Below are positions 1 through 12,249 of a DNA stretch of 64,000 nucleotides, in pieces; position 1 is the first letter of the stretch, and the number at the start of each line of letters is the position of its first letter. The DNA lies in NCBI RefSeq assembly GCF_040938485.1, contig NW_027271595.1, positions 310,001 through 374,000 on the forward strand, given 5' to 3'. The notes under the pieces are model-generated. The model worked only from the letters and a program-made list of their open reading frames with translations, was not told the origin of the DNA and made no database searches. The translations under genes and the position numbers were made by a program. The stretch comes from Diadema antillarum. Taxonomy: Eukaryota.

Positions 1-103
1 TCTAGAAGGGAGAAACGACGGAGTCAACTGTCAGCGTTGAAGAGAAGACAACATATATTTCGAATCGAAGAAATTATCAGTCAAGTTAGTATCAGATCTC
101 AAG

Positions 104-3100
104 ATGAAAGCTGCATTAGTATTAGTGGTGGTTGCTCTGCTCGTCCCAGGTCTTCTCGCCGGACCGGTCGGCAGCGGCGTCCTCGACAGACTCGCTCGAG
201 ACGTGCCTCCTCAGAAGGATGAGCCGGTGGTAAGCACAGTTAAATATTCACGAGTTCAAGTTCAGTTTCTTCTAGTTATTTCTTTCGCTCAGATTCTATA
301 ACACCGCCGATATTGCAGCACTTTTGATACAATGGTTTGCTAAACTCCGCTCTCTAACATCCTAGTCCACCCCCATTCTTTGTGCTTTTCAGGAAACCCC
401 TCCCCCTAAGAAAGAAGTGGATCTCTCCATCTCCGAAGAGAAGCCAGTGGCATCCCACCAGGAGCCCAAAGATGAAGAAAATACTCCAGGAACTTTTCAG
501 GGAGACATGAAGATGACTGATGAGCAGTTGAGGGAAGTCATGGAGGCCATCGATGAAGAGAAAGCTGGTCGCAAGAAGAGGAAGGCTGTATCGAACACTT
601 TGACCCGATGGAATCAGAACATCGTGCCTTACGAAATCTCAGCTTCATCTAGTAAGTTCTGGCAACTGTATGATATCAACAATGAAGAGAGAACGTGGGC
701 AATTTATACTCTGGGCTCTCTTTAAGATATCATCTGTAGGTTTCGTCACCTGTAGGTCGGTAAATGTGCTGTATTTCAAGTCTTAGAGACAGGACTTTGA
801 AGATAAAGATTCTACACAAATATACAGTAACTGGTATTCGTTGATTAAACTTTATATACTGATATTTTCATTCTTAAGGTTCATTATCTTCGTCTTGTTG
901 ACTATATTTCAGGCAGTGATGTCAACGCGATCCACGACCACTTGATCATACTTGATAATGATCATTTATGCCTTCTTCGGCAAACAAAAACGCAAATTCT
1001 ATACCAAATGTAGTCAGAATCATTGATTGTGATTTTTTCCTGGTGTAGAGTTCTTGGTAGGCTCATTATCATGATTGTTATCATCTTGTTGATTGTATTT
1101 CAGGTAATGATGTTGATGCGATCCGGGCTGCCATGGATCACTGGGAACAGCACACCTGTTTGAGGTTCGAACCAAAAACCGCACAGCACGCCAGTCAGCT
1201 GGGACACGGAACCTATCTGAACTTTATCAAGAGCGATGGATGCTGGTCCTACGTTGGAAGATTCTCTTCATCCATCTCTTCGCCCAGAGCTCAGGATATT
1301 TCCATCGGATCTGGATGTGAATCCGTGAGTTTGCTGCTATAGCTGATTTTGTAATACACGTAACATTTTTTTTTTATTTGATGCCAAATCATTACATATC
1401 ATATGATTTCAAACAAATAATTTTCTAATCCGTAGTTCCAGAAAGGTACATCAAAAAATATAAGTATTATGTAAATATTCAAAAGATGTTAAGGTTCGGG
1501 TTCACACCCCCCCCCCCCTCACGTCCATTAGTGCGGATATTAAAAAGTGTGACGAATACAATGAGATGTTATTGCGGCAATATAACACCAGTGAAACATG
1601 TCACAATAGTAGCCCGTAGATGTAATTTCAGAATTGGTATTTTGGAAGAGTTGAAATTCGATTATGAATCATTTTTCTTCAGTTCCATTTAATAACTCCT
1701 TTCCTTTAATTCTAACAATGATAGCTCGGCGTCGTTGCCCACGAGATTGGCCACGCCATCGGTTTCCATCACGAGCAGTCTCGCCCTGACAGGGACGATT
1801 ACGTCACGGTCCATTTCGAAAACATCCGGTCTGGATTCGAAGGCAACTTTGAGAAATATTCCTGGAACCAAATAACAACCAGCAACGTTGAATACGACAT
1901 CGGATCCCTCATGCACTACGGATCTCATGTAAGTTTTCATGATTTCAAATCTATTAGGATATAATTGACATGTTCATTTTCTTCCCTTTCGTTTATACCC
2001 TGAATTGCAAATCAGGGGAAGCTATTAAATCAGTTATGATAAAGATGTGGAGCGGAAACATAGGCTATCTTTTCCTGACAGGTTCGAACAGCTAGGGTAA
2101 CCTTGTTTGAAAGCGTTGGTATTATTATCATGCCCCTCTTTCTTTCTTCCTTACCATGCAGGGTTTCTCCTCCAACGGCCAAGCAACCATCACCACAAAC
2201 GATCCTCTGCAGACGCTTCTTCTGGGAAACCGAGAGGGCCTCAGATTTGCCGACATCAAACTTGCCAATCTCATCTACAACTGCAACGACGCCTGTACTA
2301 GCACACTGTCCTGCCAAAATGGCGGCTACCAGGGTCCCAACTGTGACTGCGTGTGTCCTCCAGGATTCAGCGGAGACCTGTGTGAGAACGGTGACGGTCC
2401 GACGGAACCCGAAGGATGTGTCTACAGACTGACCGATCCCGAAGGAGAGATCATGTCACCAAACTACCCGAATAACTATGACATCAACCAAAAATGCCTT
2501 TACTTGATAGAGGTGAGTATTTCAAACTGCAGCCTTGTTACTGTATGGTGGAATTTAAAGAGCATTTGAATATACGGTTCGTCCTGTTTCACAGAGATCC
2601 TAGATTAGATAACAAAATCATATTCATCACCAACCTAAGTAATGATTGAATGTGACAGTACAAGGTTTTAAAATGTCTTCCCCAATTGTATATTTTTTAT
2701 TTCCAGGGAGCTCCAGGCGCTACAATCACACTCACCTTCGTCGACATGGACATCGAGTCTCATTCGACCTGCGACTACGACTCCGTGGAGGTCCGCACTG
2801 GAGATATCAGTTCGCCCGGCCCTAAGTTTTGCGGCACCACCCTACCTGGGGAGCAGGTGTCGACCGGGAACCAACTACTGGTGGCTTTCACCTCTGACTA
2901 CAGTGTGACAGGGCGTGGCTTCCAGGCTTCATATGTCATCAATGGTGGCGTCATGACAACTACTACCACAAAGTCTCCCACTACTGTCAAGACAACTACT
3001 ACTACACAGTCTCCTACTACTACCACACAATCTCCCACAACTACCACACAGCCTCCCACAACTACCACACAGCCTCCCACAACTACCACACGATCTCCCA

Positions 3101-4591
3101 CAACTGCCACACAATCTCCCACAACTACCACACAATCTCCCACTACCACCAAAACAACTACCAGCACCCCAACGGTATTCGTGGGTACTTGTGGAGGAGA
3201 CTTCACCGGGAACAGTGGGACGATGGCCTCTCCTAACTACCCAGGCAACTATGACAACGACTTGGAGTGCGTCTACACCATCGAGGTCGATCCTGGTCGT
3301 CGAGTTGAACTCAGCTTCGACGATATGCTGATTGAGAATCAAAGGAAGTGCAAATGGGACTCTCTTGAGGTCAACTTAGGAGAAGGTGTCAAGGTGCCGA
3401 TGAAGTGAGTTTTCTTTTACAGAATCACCAACAGCCTCATAAAGGTGAAATGTATATTGTCATGAACATGCATTTATGTTAAGCAAGTACACGTACTGAA
3501 TAACCTATTCAGCCCAGGTGGGGCAGAGGAAGATTCGAGACTATGGGGACTACGGCGCTGGAGGAGGCGCGGGGACAAATAAAGTTTCGTTGTTACTTAT
3601 AGGGGATGGGTAGTAACTGATCAGTGGGAATCAGTGGGAATGCTGGGGGATGATTGTTCCGATCCTTGTGGGATTCATTTAAGAGTACATTATATATCTA
3701 TTGTTGTGTGAAAATAATTTGCTTCGGAATGGTCTCATATTCAAGTAATGTGTAGTTTAATGTTTCCAGGTTTGCATGACTGTACAGTGACGGGGCGATC
3801 GTTAACGATTAACTGCACATTACTTGATTATGAGACCATTCTAAAGAGAATAATTTTCACACAACAATAGATATAATTATAATGTACTCTTAATTGAATC
3901 CCACAACGATTGGAACAATTATACCCCAGCATTCCCACTGATTCCCACTGATCAGTTACTAGCCCTTCCCCTTTAAGTCTGGTATGGTGATGGTGATTTG
4001 TTTGGTGTCAATTATGATATGTGTGACATGTTGAGTTGCCACCATCATCTTTTCCTATCCTCCGTCATAATGCCATCTCAGGTTTAGTTGTTAGAGTAAA
4101 AATTTACTTGCCAGACTCACAAGGGTGAGGTGAAAGTCTTCATATTACTTGCTCTCCTTCGATGTTAATTTTAAAAGAAAAATCATTCATTTGGAAAGCA
4201 ATGACTCTATCGAATAGTTGTGCATTTGTGCATTTGCTTTTCACATGTCTTTAAGCTCTTACAAAATGAATAACTACGTCTATTTTCTGTCATATTATGT
4301 TTGATTGTAATGATGCAAAACAATGTTTGAGGAAATCATTAAATATTAAATTCTGTGATAACTTTCTCTGAATAGTTTCGTTCAGGAGTAGAGTTCTTGA
4401 CTCTACAACACTTTGATTTATAAAATAAACTAATGGACATTTAATTTTGTTTCTTCATCAGGTTGTGTGGACCTAACTATCCAACCGGCTCTCTGGTCTC
4501 AGTTAACAACAAAATGGAGCTGATTCTGCGGACCGACAATAGTGTCGCTGAAAGAGGCTTCGCTGCAGTCTACCGTGCCATCGATATCTAG
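104..4591 (+). CDS. SpAN/BP10: Astacin-EGF-CUB-CUB metalloprotease copy 1 (SpAN/BP10-like), 7 exons: 104-229, 393-651, 1104-1324, 1725-1928, 2162-2512, 2707-3404, 4462-4591; 662 aa
   Basis: All introns are GT-AG and phases join into one ORF (1989 nt). It has a signal peptide, the pro-domain Asp-switch FQGD, a basic RKKRK cleavage site, HEIGHAIGFHHEQSRPDRD, the Met-turn SLMHY, an EGF domain, two CUB domains and a Thr-rich linker. This is the SpAN/BP10 architecture. Confidence 0.93.
2956..3170 (+). repeat. Coding 21-bp tandem repeat (TTTTQ[S/P]P)n forming the Thr-rich inter-CUB linker of copy 1
   Basis: About seven acaactaccacaca(g/a)(c/t)ctccc units plus degenerate flanking units; absent from copies 2 and 3. 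Confidence 0.95.
3601..3972. mobile_element. Foldback MITE, Kolobok-like, in intron 6 of copy 1
   Basis: ~165-bp imperfect inverted arms with AGGGG...CCCCT termini, flanked by TTAT and TTAA (TTAA target with one mismatch). Confidence 0.75.
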
Positions 4592-5193
4592 TGAATTTAT
4601 CAGGGAAGCCAAGGAATTCCAGTACAGCAGGAAAAATCAGTTCTTACCTTATTTTATTATCGTCATTATTATTGCTATTATCATCACTACTACTATTACT
4701 ACTACCATCATTGCAGTTTTCATCTGTAGGTGATTCTATGTCAAAGAGAGTGATAGAACTACACAGGCAACTCTCCACACTCTGATTTTGTATATTGTTT
4801 TATTTATTTACTTTGTTTTTTAGCACGAAAGTCAGGAGTGGAGTTACCATAGTAAGAGTTTATAGGTAGGGCCTGTATGCATTGATTCATTATCATGATG
4901 ACATGACTACATATTGACAATCAAAATGATGATTATATATACCTTTATATAAATTACATTCTCATTTTAATGCTGAGTGTTAACTTATTAGGATGTTGAT
5001 ACCGTCCTCGCTTCATGCGAATTATCTATGGTAACTAAACAGCCATTTATATAAGTAGACCCTGTGTCTGGTTACGATATCTTCCATTAGTGACGTGAAG
5101 ACTATGCAATACACAGCTATGATGCCAAAGAAAACATGTCCGAAATGAAATCGGGTTAGTTCTTATATATTGTCGCTACATTGCGTGAGTTAT

Positions 5194-5210
5194 CCGTCTG
5201 GGACGGCTGG
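5194..5210 (+). promoter_or_regulatory. 3'UTR hairpin CCGT-CTGGG-ACGG (SRE-like), copy 1; partner CCGT-CTGAG-ACGG at 5480-5492
   Basis: 4-bp GC-rich stem with a CNGGN loop; the same motif recurs in all three 3'UTRs. Confidence 0.6.
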
Positions 5211-5513
5211 ATTTGTTTCTTTATTTATCCGTTTGTCTGTGTGCTTGTTAGCTTGATTCCTGTCTGGTTTATTTTTCCAGATGATGGTTTACTGTGACAC
5301 AACGATGAAAGTTAGTTTGTCGTGCAAAATATTTAAGAAGAATGTGTTATTAATATTATGCCCCATATTATTCGTTCGAAGTATCCTCTGTATCTTCAGA
5401 GCATATTATTCACACGAGATGATGTGTTAGTATAACGCACAGACATAAATATAAGTTATAGTTGTTATCAGTTTTCTTCCCGTCTGAGACGGCTGGGTTC
5501 GCTTGTTATCTGA

Positions 5514-5519
5514 AATAAA
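5514..5519 (+). terminator. Polyadenylation signal AATAAA, copy 1
   Basis: Canonical hexamer ~920 nt after the stop, just downstream of the second hairpin; the position is mirrored by ATTAAA in copies 2 and 3. Confidence 0.55.
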
Positions 5520-5936
5520 GTTGAATTGTGATATGGAAATCTAACGTCTCAAATACCTTCCTTGATGACATTGCTCACTTAACGCACCAGCAATAGCCGC
5601 TGTACTTGAATATGCTACTATCATGAATGAACACGCAAACACACACATCCGCATATTATATATACATGTGTGTGTGTATGTGTACATGAGTTTGTGTGAC
5701 TCTGGGCCTGCTTGATTTATCTCGTATCATGCAACAAAATGATAATGTATGAATCATAGAATTGTAGTGTCTAATAGTTTTCATTTTGTGATATGAACTG
5801 CATTTGGAGTGATAAAATAATACATGTAGTGTGTACACATATTTCAAATGAAGGCCCAGTATATATTTAAGATATGTATATCAATAGGGCTATTATGATA
5901 GATATGTGTGTGCGCATGTGGGATCATTCAAACGCT

Positions 5937-6084
5937 NNNNNNNNNNNNNNNNNNNNNNNNNNNNNNNNNNNNNNNNNNNNNNNNNNNNNNNNNNNNNNNN
6001 NNNNNNNNNNNNNNNNNNNNNNNNNNNNNNNNNNNNNNNNNNNNNNNNNNNNNNNNNNNNNNNNNNNNNNNNNNNNNNNNNNNN
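5937..6084. other. Assembly gap (148 N)
   Basis: N run flanked by (TA)/(CA)-rich sequence. Confidence 0.99.
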
Positions 6085-7426
6085 TGTATTATACACACAC
6101 ACATACAAATATACATAATTATATACATACATACGTACATAATATGCCTCAAATGAATGCAAGCTTTGTGTTGCGGGATACTGTTTGAAGTGAAACAAAA
6201 ATATCAAACTGCTTCATGTTCTGCTTGCTTCATCCAACAAGAATTGAACATTCAATCACAAAGAAAGTATAGGAAAAAAATCTCATTCATTCATTTTCTC
6301 AGGCAAGAAACTGTTATGTTACTTTTTAAAAATACAATGTTGATAATCATGATTATTTTCCGTATGTCTAAAAAAATCGAACAGAGAAGGAATGAAAATA
6401 GATAAAAGGTACCTAAGACACATGAAATAATACAATTCAAGTGATAATTCTCAGTACAATTTAGCATGCAATATATCGATGGAATGGAATGGCAATTTGA
6501 ATATTTTATACTCAAGAATAAAAAAAAATTACGTACCAACTTCTATGGATAATGTAGACTAGGTAGTCAATTGATTATGTGCTTGCTTCTTTCACATACA
6601 AAACTACTACGTCATTAATAACGTCTGCCAGACTGTGCGTCAAAACATGAGCAGCGGTCTGATTTTTAGGAGAAATTGCATGATTGTTATTTTTTTATTC
6701 ATCCTTGTGAGTACTTGTATTACCACAACGATTCTAAGAATAATGCTTACAATATCCGCCGGAATAGAAAGAAGATGAGCCATGCCTTGACGTACATAAA
6801 ACAATTAAATGTCTGAGTAATGTCAATGTTATCATAGCTACCTATCGTCATGCACAGATCGAGGCCTTCAAGAGTTTTACGTCATGTCCATGGCTTTTCT
6901 ATGATACTGGACTGCGTCAGAGAGGTGACGAAGTTGTGCCCTCGTGCGTTGCAGCTCATCCTAATCCCAGTGAAAGCGTTACACGGGGGCGCCTTACCTA
7001 TTGCGACAAGTGGATGCAGTTTAGCTCACTTAGTTTGAGACGAAATAGAAAGTAACCAGAAATGACGTCTTTAAAACTAGCGGAGACAGTAATGTAATCA
7101 AGAAACTCTTTGTCAGTAGTTTCATCAATGTTTCTGATGAGCAATGACGACTTAAGATGTGACTACACCAAGTCTCAAGAATTAATGTACCGAATCAGAG
7201 GACTGCCCCCTCACCTTCGTGGATCCAAGGCAAACGTAGGTCCAAATCAATACCTATTGAGTTGATTCACCAAGCGTGTTACCCCAACAAAAGGCAAACC
7301 GTATCCCTCGTGAACACAAGCAGCGAAAGGAAAGTGACGACATACCACAAGATATGCATTGTGTCGACAGACGTCATTTTCCAAGCTGCAATGTTTGCTG
7401 TGGCGATTCTTGAGAAGGGTAAAACA

Positions 7427-7434
7427 TATAAATA
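7427..7434 (+). promoter_or_regulatory. Candidate TATA box of copy 2
   Basis: TATAAATA ~180 bp upstream of the ATG. The sequence downstream (from ~7500) is homologous to the copy 1 leader at 1-103. Confidence 0.5.
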
Positions 7435-7614
7435 TGACAGGATCAAGATGTTTTCTTCAGATCGCTCATCAGGAGCAGAAGAAGACACACCAGTCTACAG
7501 TGAAGAAACTACGAAGCCAATTGACAGTATTAGAAAGAAGACACTGTAAACCTCGACTCGAAGAAAGAATTTGGAGACCAGACAACGAATTTGCAACACC
7601 TACAAAACAGCGAG

Positions 7615-10600
7615 ATGAAAGGCGCGCTTCTTTTGGCGATTGTTGCCCTGCTGGTCCCGGGCTTTCTCGCCGTACCGGTCGGCAGCGGGGTCCTCGACAG
7701 ACTCGCTCGAGACGCGCATCTTCAGAAGGATGAACCAATGGTAAGCACAGTAACCCAACATTGATTTTATTCTAACTCTTGTTTAATTCTTCTCTTGATT
7801 GTTCGTTTTCTTTTCAGTTTCATATAGTTGCTACATTTGTTACACTGTGTATAGTTGTTACAGTATATATACAAACGACACACAATATAATTTCCATCTT
7901 TGCGTTTGTTTGTTGTTGTTTTTCAGGAAACTCCTCCCCCTAAGAAAGAAGTGGATCTCCCCGTCTCCGAAGAGAAACTAGTGGCATCCCACCAGGAGCC
8001 CAAAGATGAAGAAAATACTCCAGGAACTTTTCAAGGAGACATGATGTTGACCGATGAACAACTGAGGGAAGTCATGGAGGCCATCGATGAAGAGAAAGCT
8101 GGTCGCAAGAAGAGGAAGGCTGTATCGAACACTTTGACCCGCTGGAATCAGAACATCGTGCCTTACGAAATCTCCGGTTCATCGAGTAAGTTTATAACAT
8201 TTACCTTAAGTCAATTCAGTTTGAATTTCAGGTTGAAGTTGAATTTTCAGTGACGTATAATAATGTATCAAACATAATTCACCAACGATACATCTTTCTT
8301 GATATTCGGCCTTTTATGATAAATATTATGGTCATATTTAATATGGTCACACTTGATTATGATTATAATATGTCTGCTTCGGCAAACAAATCGCGAATTT
8401 TATACAAAATGTAGTCTTTATCATTGATTGGGATTTTTACCTGTTGTGAACGTTCCCTGAAAGCTAATTGTTGTCATCTTGTTGATTGTATTTTAGGTAA
8501 TGATGTTGATGTGATCCGGGCTGCCATGGACCACTGGGAACAGCACACCTGTTTGAGATTCGAACCTCGAACCTCACAGCACTCCAGTCAATTGGGACAC
8601 GGAACCTATCTGAACTTTATCAAGGGTGGTGGATGCTGGTCCTACGTTGGAAGGTTCTCCTCATCAAGCAACACGCCCAGAGCTCAGGAAATTTCCATCG
8701 GATCTGGATGCGAATACGTGAGTTTACTGTTATTCTTGAGTCGCTGTGTTCATTTTAATAAATTTCCAAATACATAATTCCAGTGATTAAAATTTGGTTT
8801 GCCTTTCCAGTGTTTACAGGTACAATCTTTTATCTGCGTTTATGTACAGTGCAGTGGTTACAAAAGTTGCGGTAAATTATCACTAGGAAGACTGGAAAAA
8901 GTGTGCCAGTAGTTATAGATTCAAAATCTGTATTTTGTCGGTGATGTATTATGATCTTTAATTCCTATATTTGATTCCCTGAGGTTCTTATTTTTCTTTA
9001 TTCCCCTTTCAACAACAGCTTGGCATCGTCGCTCATGAGATCGGCCACGCCATCGGTTTCCATCACGAGCAGTCTCGCCCTGACAGGGACGATTACGTCA
9101 CGGTCCATTTTGAAAACATCCAGTCGGGATTCGAAGGCAACTTTGAGAAATATTCCTGGAACCAAATAACAACCAGCAACGTTGAATACGACATCGGATC
9201 AGTGATGCACTATGGATCTCATGTAAGTTTCAAATTTGAAATTGAGTCTGTGGTTAAAAGATTATAATGACCCTAATGCCTAATACTAATGATGAAAGCA
9301 GAACGGTGAATTCGGTGAGGCTCTAGGATGTCCTAATAGGCCTATATGCCTTTTCTTGTATTTTTCTGTATCTTCATTATCCTTTATAATTCTTCTCAAA
9401 AGTAATGTCTCACGTTAATTTCTATGTTAAGTCTCATCTTAAGTATGTATATTTATTCTTGTAATCAGTTATGATAAAGATGTGGACCGGAAACATAGGC
9501 TATCTTTTCCTGACAGGTTCGAACAGCTAGGGTAACCTTGTTTGAAAGCGTTGGTATTATCATCGTGCCCCTCTTTTTTTCTTCCTTACCATGCAGGGTT
9601 TCTCCTCCAACGGCCAACCAACCATCACCACAAACGACCCTCTGCAGATGCATCGCCTTGGAAACCGAGAGGGCCTCAGCTTTGCTGACATCAAACTTGC
9701 CAATCTCATCTACAACTGCAACGACGCCTGTACTAGCACACTGTCCTGCCAAAATGGCGGCTACCAGGGTCCCAACTGTGACTGCGTGTGTCCTCCAGGA
9801 TTCAGCGGAGACCTGTGTGAGAACGGTGACGACCCGACGGAACCCGAAGGATGTGTCTACAGACTGACCGATCCCGAAGGAGAGATCATGTCACCAAACT
9901 ACCCGAATAACTATGACAACAACCAGAATTGCCTGTACATGATTGAGGTGAGATATTTTGATTACCCCACCAAATTTGTATTTGCACCTAGCGTAATTAC
10001 ATACCACTTTTTTGAATAGGTAATTTTACTTTTTCCCTATAGATAACATCTTTGTACGTTTTAAATGTTGCTCGTTGATTGTTACCACTTCTTAATTAGT
10101 CTTAAGTGGATTGGGTAATAAATATCATGAAAATATTCACACTATTTTCATTCATCCATTGACCTTTCTAGGGAGCTCCAGGTGCTACGATCACACTCAC
10201 CTTCGTCGACATGGACATCGAGTCCCACACTACCTGCGCCTACGACTCTGTTGAGGTCCGCACTGGAGATGTTAGCTCGCCGGGACTGAAGTTTTGCGGC
10301 ACCGCCCTACCTGGGGAGCAGGTGTCGACCGGAAACCAGCTACTGGTGGCCTTCACATCAGACTACAGCGTGACAAGGCGTGGCTTCAAGGCTACCTATG
10401 TCATCAATAATCCTGAACCTCCAACTACACTCCCGAGTACGACCAACGGTCTTGGAGAATTCGTCGGTACTTGTGGAGGAGATTTCTTGGGGAACAGTGG
10501 GACGATGGCCTCTCCAAACTACCCAGACAACTACGACAACGGCTTGCTATGCGTCTACACCATCGAGGTTGATTCTGGTCGTCGAGTCGAACTCAGCTTC

Positions 10601-11129
10601 CACGATTTGCTGATTGAGGATCAAAGGAGGTGCAGCTGGGACTACCTTGAGGTGAACCTCGGAGAAGGAGTCAAGGTGCCTATGAAGTAAGTATTGCCGT
10701 CGTGACATTAATCACATCCACACACTTTAACTGAACGTCATAATTCATCCACTCTTCTCTGATTTAGGCTCATAATGGAGTGTTTGATAGCATGGACCTA
10801 TGATATTGAAAATTTAGTATGATGGAGAATTCGAGAATTCCTTATCAGTTAAGAAAGTTAATCACAATAGTTATCATGATTTTTCATCTAATAAGTAGAT
10901 TGAATTAGACAAAGTTAACAGTTGCCATTTCACAATATTACCCGTTATCAAAAATACGATTCTAACCGACTGTTTCGCTATTTTATATTATTTTCTCAGG
11001 TTGTGTGGGTCCGACTATCCGATTGGTTCTCTGGTTTCTATTGGTAACAAAATAGAGCTGACGCTAAGGACCGACGGAAGCGTGACAGATAGGGGCTTTG
11101 CTGCAATCTACCGTGCAATCGACCTGTAA
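7615..11129 (+). CDS. SpAN/BP10: Astacin-EGF-CUB-CUB metalloprotease copy 2, 7 exons: 7615-7740, 7927-8185, 8497-8717, 9019-9222, 9597-9947, 10172-10686, 11000-11129; 601 aa
   Basis: Exon sizes and phases match copy 1 except for a shorter exon 6. HEIGHAIGFHHE and SVMHY are intact, and no stops or frameshifts were seen. Confidence 0.93.
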
Positions 11130-11619
11130 GAAGCATCACCGAAGACACCTCGAATTCCATAAACTCGAAATAACCTTTCCGTTTGTAGTCTGCGAAAACG
11201 TATTACTTACAAATTACATAGAAAGAAAGAAATAGTATGAGTCAGAAAATTATTTTATTCCATTCTTCGTTTGCTATAGTTTGTTTGTATGTTTGTCTTT
11301 TATTTTGGAAAGGCCGTTGTAATGATTCACAGCAAGATTAATTTGATCTGTTTACTCTGAGCATTCGAGATTAATGAAAAAAATAAACCTGATTGCCGGA
11401 AAGGGATTATTTCTTCTAGAAGCGTTAAATTGTTTTAAAGGAGAGATCTAACCAATGTTACTTGAAGTGACGATAAAGACAAGATTTTGTGTGCATTCTG
11501 CAGAGTTGAACCTTAGCCATAGACTATTATTGTTAGTGCTATACAGAAATACTGAAATGTCAAAAGCCAAGATTATTGTCCAAAAAACTTGCATGTATAT
11601 TCGAACTGTCTCTTGATAT

Positions 11620-11806
11620 CCGTCTGGTACGGCTGGAAACTTATTTCGCTTAAAGAATTATATTCCAGGTATCTCATCTATGCATTGATTGTATTTATGA
11701 TACTTTATGTTGGAATTTGTGATTGTATTTATGAAACATTGTGTAATGAAATTTACGATTGCACATTAATCTATGTATTTATAACTTGACCGTCTGGGAC
11801 GGCTGG
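11620..11806 (+). promoter_or_regulatory. Pair of SRE-like 3'UTR hairpins, copy 2 (11620-11632 loop CTGGT; 11790-11802 loop CTGGG)
   Basis: Invariant CCGT/ACGG stem, CNGGN loop, trailing CTGG; ATTAAA at 11826-11831. Confidence 0.6.
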
Positions 11807-12134
11807 TAGCGAGTCAAAATATGATATTAAAATGTTTTGATAATTATAAACATAACACGCCATCGTAATATGATCATTGATTTGCTGAACTCATGCAATG
11901 AACGATGAATGGGTATGTGTGGGACATGAAAGTGTGTGACAGCGTTTGTGTGTACCTTGTGCATGTTTGGAGGGTATACAACATCTAAGTCAATGTCAGC
12001 GATCGTGAAGGTGTTTTTATCTAGGCCTATTTGAAGTCTTCAAGTCAGTTTTTTTCGTAACACAATCCTAAAGAACTTCCCAATTTGTCTTTGCAAAACT
12101 CTCTGATCCTTTGTCATCCACATTTACTTATCTC

Positions 12135-12146
12135 TCTCTCCCTATG

Positions 12147-12212
<66 letters not shown>
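12135..12212. repeat. (CT)n(AT)n microsatellite
   Basis: Direct reading of the sequence. Confidence 0.95.
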
Positions 12213-12216
<4 letters not shown>

Positions 12217-12249
12217 ATTAGCTTGTATGTATATTCTGCATTTGTGAAC

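Noticed and set aside
2898-3342. Val-rich and Cys/Gly-rich minus-strand ORFs
   Set aside because: They are antisense shadows of the Thr-rich coding repeat.
5874-6207. ORFs spanning the N run (also 18114-18431)
   Set aside because: Artefacts of untranslatable assembly gaps.
6600-7420. SoxB1/Ets/CCAAT promoter sites known for SpAN
   Set aside because: Only short chance-level matches, with no alignable second promoter in the window to test conservation.
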